Of a stretch of 64,000 nucleotides of DNA, positions 58,561-64,000 are shown one piece after another. The stretch is from Eledone cirrhosa (Eukaryota), in contig CAXHJY010000235.1 in NCBI GenBank assembly GCA_964016885.1, positions 1 to 64,000 on the forward strand, given 5' to 3'. The stretch's first letter is position 1, and every line of letters starts with the position of its first letter. Made by a program: the position numbers and the translations under genes. Below the pieces are notes generated by a model. The model was not told the origin of the DNA. It ran no database searches and was given only the letters and a program-made list of their open reading frames with translations.

Positions 58561-59450
58561 AATAATTCAACAGTTCTCTAGACAAACATAGTAATCTCTA
58601 TCCACCATTTACCATTAAGTTTACTTAACCCACAAAATGGTGAATCCTACATTTGATTTATTTATGTAACTCTATGATGTTAGAGAGATATGGTGACTGA
58701 GTGGTTGTTCAGGTGATTATTGAAACTACTCACAGCCACTAATCTTCTTCTACAAATATTGCCTTTGGTATTGATAATGTGTGTCTGTTAGCATATAACA
58801 CTTCTGTAATGCTAATGCTACGATAGCACTGAGGCTTCTATCATTAAAACACCCAAGAGACATCCCTATGTGATGCAGCATTATAGGAGGAGGCTGGTTA
58901 AACCAATTCAGGTGTGAGCCATAACCTCAACAGCTTCTTTGATGCAAATCTATGAATCCACTTTTTTTTCTTTTTTTTTTTTTAAGGATCTATAGAAATG
59001 GTTTCTCAATTAAGGTTGTTGTGTGTTTCTTCCAGGCATTATACTTCAATGTAGGCGATGCAGCATGACTGAATGATTAAAGAGTTTCATTTACAATCAT
59101 TAGGTCTAGGTTCAATCCCAGTGCTTGGCATTTTGAGCAAGAACGATTTACCATAGCCTTGTAAGTGAAATTGAGCAAAGAGAAACTATGTAAGTGAAAC
59201 TCATATGTGAGACGAATAGCTCTCCAGCCTTTCTGATGAAAGACATTGTTTATGATTTTTAAATAATTTAGAAATTAATCAAGTTTGGAAGGATTTTGTA
59301 ATATAACTTTCTTGTTATTAAGCTGGTGTTTGGAACATAAAGGTTATTACATAAAAATTATGATGGAAGATTTTAAAATAAATATAAACAGTTTAAAGCA
59401 GTTTGGTATCATAAAACTAGGAGCGGTTTCAGGTTGACTGATATCGAAAG

Positions 59451-60659
59451 TATTAGTACAGTTTTCTGGAAATATTGAAGGTTGTGCATGCGAACCTATA
59501 TAAGAAATGTTGGTATGCACTATATGTATTTCAATTTTACTGTTACGCCATCAAAGGGGGAGCAACATGGATCTATCCAAATCGTTTATTCGTGGCTGTT
59601 TACTTTATGACTTAAAATCAGGTCTAAGCACAGCAGCATCAAGTTGTCACATTAACAATGCATTTGGGTCACACACCATGTCTGAAAGCAGTACCAGGGA
59701 CTGGTTTGCATGCCTCCGTTCCTGTGATTACAGCCTTGAAGATCGACTTCAGACAGGATGTCCATCTGACTTCAATGACAAGCAACTGCTTGAGCTGGTG
59801 GAAGCCAAACCATGCTAGAAATCATGTCCTCTCTCCAAAGTGCTTGAACATCGAAAACAACCATCCTCAATCACTTACATGCAATAGGGAAGGTGTCTAG
59901 CTGGACTAATGCATGCTCAGCAATCTGACTGACCATAATCATAAATGTCAGGCAGCAGCTGCAATTTCTCTGCTCTCCTACCATCGCATAAACAACTGAT
60001 TATATCCTCTTGTCACTGGTGGTGAAAAACACTGACTCTACATTGTCAAGTGATTGTGGATTGATAAAGAGTGCATCACAACAGCAACTTTACTTGCTGT
60101 TGTGGTGCACTCTTGCACCCTTGTAAGGCGTTACTGTGTGTCTGTTGGGACTAGAAAGGTGTCATCCACTATGAGCAACTCCCACCGATCACCAGCATAA
60201 CCTCTGATGTCTATTGTCAACAACTTGACAGATTAGCAGTGAAAATCGCACAGATGTGCCCACACCATGGTCCTGTTTGATTCCTTCATGATAATGCTCA
60301 GCCACATACATCAAGTGTGACCCATGAGACGTTGCTAGAACTAGATTAAGAGGTCCTGCCTCACCCAACGTATTCACCCAACCTCGCGCCTACAGACAAT
60401 CATTTTTTTCTCTCAATGAACAATGCAATCAAAGACCTTCGCCAATGAAGACCAGTTAAATCAGTGGTTAACAGATTTATTTGCATCGAAGCCAAAAGAA
60501 TTCTACAAAGATGGAATCATGTGCCTTCCTCGATGATGGCAGGTGGTAATCACAAATGATGGCAATTACTTTGACTTGTGAAGTTTTCCTAATGTTAAAA
60601 AAACACCAAAGTCAATAACAAATTTGAAAAACAGTGAGAACTTTCCAACCCACCTAATA
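59451..60659 (+). mobile_element. Decayed mariner (Tc1/mariner DD34D) transposon with transposase pseudogene (~59567-60570)
   Basis: MDLSKSFIRGCLLYDLKSG..DWF..SLED..GCPSDF HTH region, then VTGGEK (TGDEKW), HDNA and HPTYSPNLAPTDNH (YSPDLAPSDY). The 3' TIR aaaacagtgagaactttccaacccacctaata is intact and the 5' TIR partly deleted. Many stops. Confidence 0.9.
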
Positions 60660-60660
60660 T

Positions 60661-60662
<2 letters not shown>

Positions 60663-60702
<40 letters not shown>

Positions 60703-61030
60703 ATTTGTGTGTCTGTATATGTATGTGCATGTGTGTGTGTATATATGTGTATGTATATGTATGAGTGTATATATGTATTTGTGTGTGTATATATGAGTGT
60801 ATATATATGTATTTGTGTGTATATATATATGAGTGTATATATGTATTTGTGTGTGTGTATATATGTATTTGTGTGTGTATATATATATATGAGTGTATAT
60901 ATGTATATATGAGTGTATATATGTATTTGTGTGTGTATATATATATATGAGTGTATATATGTATTTGTGTGTGTATGTATACATATATATACATATATAT
61001 ACGTATGTATGTGTATATATGTATATATAT
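60663..61030. repeat. (TA)n/(TG)n-derived minisatellite
   Basis: Seen directly. Confidence 0.95.
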
Positions 61031-61675
61031 CAGTGTATAGGTATTAGGAAGAACTGTTGCTTAATTCTTGTTCTAATAATAGACATTATTTAGAAATATG
61101 GTAAACCTAGTATGTATGCTGCTGCCATTCAGTATAAACATGTACTTGTCTTAGTTAGAAAGGGAAGGGGAAAAAAGAATCAACATTGAAATAAAATAAA
61201 AACTGAATCAATTGGCTCATTGTTCTCTTTTTTAATGTTGACAGTATCGGTAGAGGGTCGGATGCCGTGCTTCGCGGCATAGAGTTACGGCCCTTTACTG
61301 TCCGAGTTCAAATCCCGCCGAGGTTAACTTTGCTTTTCATCCTTACTGGGTTAATAAAATAAAGTACCAGTAATGTACTGGGGTTGATAAAGTAGCAGTC
61401 AAACAGTGGGGTCAGTTTCATTGACTCACTCATGAAATTTCAGACCTTGTATCTAAATTAGAAACTGTTATTATTATCATAACTGGATACATTTTATGGT
61501 GACACCAGCATTGCCAATGTACATTCTGTAAAGTAGTAGTCCTGGTGTCCAATTTGTCTAGTCTATGACTGTAACTGTCCTACTCATGCCAGCATGAAAA
61601 GCGGACATAAAATGATGGTTACCGGATCTTCAGTCTGTCAAGACTCAACAAGGATTTTAGACAGTCAGACTACTT

Positions 61676-61755
61676 CACAAATATTGGGTCGTCAAGTATG
61701 AAATTTGTAGAAAAAAATTTCTACAAATTTCATACTTGACAACCCAATATATGTG
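61676..61755. other. Near-perfect long hairpin (33-bp arms, 4-nt loop)
   Basis: 61681-61713 versus 61718-61750, one mismatch. Confidence 0.9.
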
Positions 61756-63302
61756 CAGTGCCTAAAAGGGCTATCTTTTGTAGGAGAACAATTTGTGATC
61801 TGAGGTCTATCTGCTTAAGATGCTCTTCTGGTTTTCGTGGTATCAAGCCCAGTGGACCTTGAAATGTCTGTCAAGTTTCAACAAGGATCTGAAACAGATA
61901 ATACTTTCCTGATTATATATTAAAGACCCCACTAGGGCAGTCTTTTGTAGGAGAAAAATGTGTTTTAGGATCTATTTACTCAAGAAACCCTCTCAGTTTT
62001 AGTGGTATTAAATCGAAAGCTTCTATGACAATTGGAATTAGCTTGTTGTCAGATGCTATTGACCACATTCATGCAAGTTTATCAATTGTGAATATAAACA
62101 TGTGTGACATATGGTAGTTATATATAAATTACTCTTAACCTCACACACATGATTTGTTGCTCAGAAGAAGAAAACAAACAAAAGTCCTCTCAAAAAAAAA
62201 AAAAAAAACTTAAAATATCCAAAAATGGTTTCAGAATGAATGTTTTCTTTATTTAAACAAAAAAGAAACAGGAGGATAAAGGATAAGAAAGAAGTTGTGT
62301 AAATCTAACAGTTGAGCTACAGTCTAAAATAAAAACCTCTTTACATTTTGATTTATCACACAGCCGATTTAGCTGTATGTCTGTTTGTGTATATGTATGT
62401 ATTTTTTCTTTCTTTCTTAAATTAGTATAGCATTAGACTGTTGCTTTTTATTCAATTTCATAGTAAATGTCTATTTTTTTTTTTTTTATTTTTTTTTTTA
62501 ACTCTAGCCAATTCGTTTATAGATATTATTTGCAAATCCAGCAGTGATAAGGTGCTACTAGCATTTACCACCATTTTAACAGTGTGATAACCCCCCCCCC
62601 CCCCCAAAGACGTCTAACAAGCTCCAAACATACCGATAATATTGTGGCCGAGAGGGCAGTGGCAATCCACTGCATCGGACAACATGCCCCATTACAATCT
62701 GAGTTCAAATCCTGCCATGGTTAGCTTTGCCTTTCATCCTTACCGAGTAAATAAAATAAAGTACCAGTAATGCACTGGAGTTTATTTAACAACTTTCAAA
62801 CTCCCCAAAATTGTTGGCCTTAAAAACCAATATTGTAGCTCACATCTTAAGATTAGCAGACATTGATTATAGAACTTCCCTATCAGGTTTTCTTTTGGTG
62901 TTTCCGACATGTTTAATGAGATGTGAGACATGGATGGTAACAGTAGTAGTGATCATGATATTGACAGTTCTGGTTGATGGTAACCACTGCAAGAAGTCAG
63001 AAGATTACCACTTGGATAGAGGATTGAATCCATTGCCTATTTAAACACCACTCCTTAGGTGCTTTTAGTAGAGTCTAATTTGTAGGGCTGTCTTAGTTAT
63101 TAGAATGTCAAATTACTTTGCAGTATTTGTTCTGGCTCTCTGCACTGTGAGTTCAAATCATCCTGAAGTCAACTTTGCTTTTTATCCTTTCGAGGTCAAT
63201 TAATAAAATAAGTCAGGTCGTAAGATCAATTCTTTCTCTGTCTCTTTCTCTGGGGGATATCAACTGCATTTCACCCTTGGAATAGAATGGGTGCCTCCAG
63301 GT

Positions 63303-63531
63303 TTAACCCTTTAGCATTTAAACCTGCTGTATCCGGCCAGAATTCTCTCACTTCTTTCTGTTCAAACCAGCCATAACCTGCAACTCATACCGATGTTTAG
63401 GTATTGTTCTCAAAATAAATAACATTAAAATCTCATAGATTCGATAGTATGTGAGATAATTATGTAAGATAAGGCTTTTACCATGAAAATACAATAGTAA
63501 ATATAGGATAATGTAAATGCTTAAGGGTTAA
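63303..63531. mobile_element. piggyBac-type MITE family 1
   Basis: TTAA-ccctttagcattta...taaatgcttaaggg-TTAA. Confidence 0.87.
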
Positions 63532-63728
63532 ATGGCTAGGACACAGCAGGAATTAAGGACCTGTGGCATAACTCTATTGCAAGCATTTGGACCATGTTTT
63601 TCGTTTGGTGTCTGTCTTTGGTCACTGAGAAAGGCTCATGGGAGATTGCTCTTCTCTTCCTCACATTTGTGTGTGTGTGTGATAAGTGTCCTACTCTGAG
63701 AACCACGATATGATATTATCATTTGAAT

Positions 63729-63910
63729 GCGGTGGATTGGCAGTATCGGTAGAGGGTCGGACGCCATGCTTTCCAGCATAGTTACGTCCCTTTACGATCC
63801 GAGTTCAAATCCCGCCGAGGTTGACTTTGCTTTCATCCTTACGGGGTCGATAAAATAAAGTACCAGTAATGCACTGGGTAATTGCTGGCCTTGTGCCTAA
63901 AGTAGAAACA
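63729..63910 (+). mobile_element. tRNA-derived SINE family B, full length, 14-bp TSD
   Basis: A/B boxes and the central gccgaggttgactttgctttcatccttacggggtcgataaaataaagtaccag domain. TSD attatcatttgaat at 63715-63728 and 63911-63924. Confidence 0.92.
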
Positions 63911-64000
63911 ATTATCATTTGAATTTATTTTCACTTCATTTCTGTGATAATTTTACTCTACATACAAGCATGTACATTTGTGTGTGTGTGTGTGTGTAAT

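Noticed and set aside
59228-59255. CTGATGA motif (ctgatgaaagacattg)
   Set aside because: No downstream GAAAC/NUH; probably chance or too truncated.

Overview
AT-rich, repeat-saturated animal genomic DNA. The repeat families and extreme (TA)n/(TG)n tracts point to a coleoid cephalopod, probably Octopus (inference). I recognise only one host coding exon: a 74-bp + strand exon (25925-25998) encoding part of the I-BAR/IMD domain of an MTSS1/MIM-like protein, so most of the window is probably intronic. The rest is mobile and repetitive DNA: a CR1/L2-like RT fragment, several 5'-truncated RTE-clade LINEs with a C4HC3 (PHD-like) finger that sit in (TA)n tracts, a bipartite non-autonomous RTE derivative, two tRNA-derived SINE families, TTAA-flanked piggyBac-type MITEs, a decayed mariner, a 4-kb minisatellite and a truncated Penelope-like element (PLE) with a GIY-YIG endonuclease. 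The most interesting signal is a set of type I hammerhead ribozyme (HHR) motifs, each with an AT-rich tail abutting a simple repeat, mostly (TA)n. One terminates the PLE. Others stand alone with unusually long (60-135 nt) structured stem II insertions. Two elements carry an inverted copy of the post-HHR tail at their 5' end. The very long Y/I/V/C/M/H/T ORFs in the track are microsatellite artefacts.
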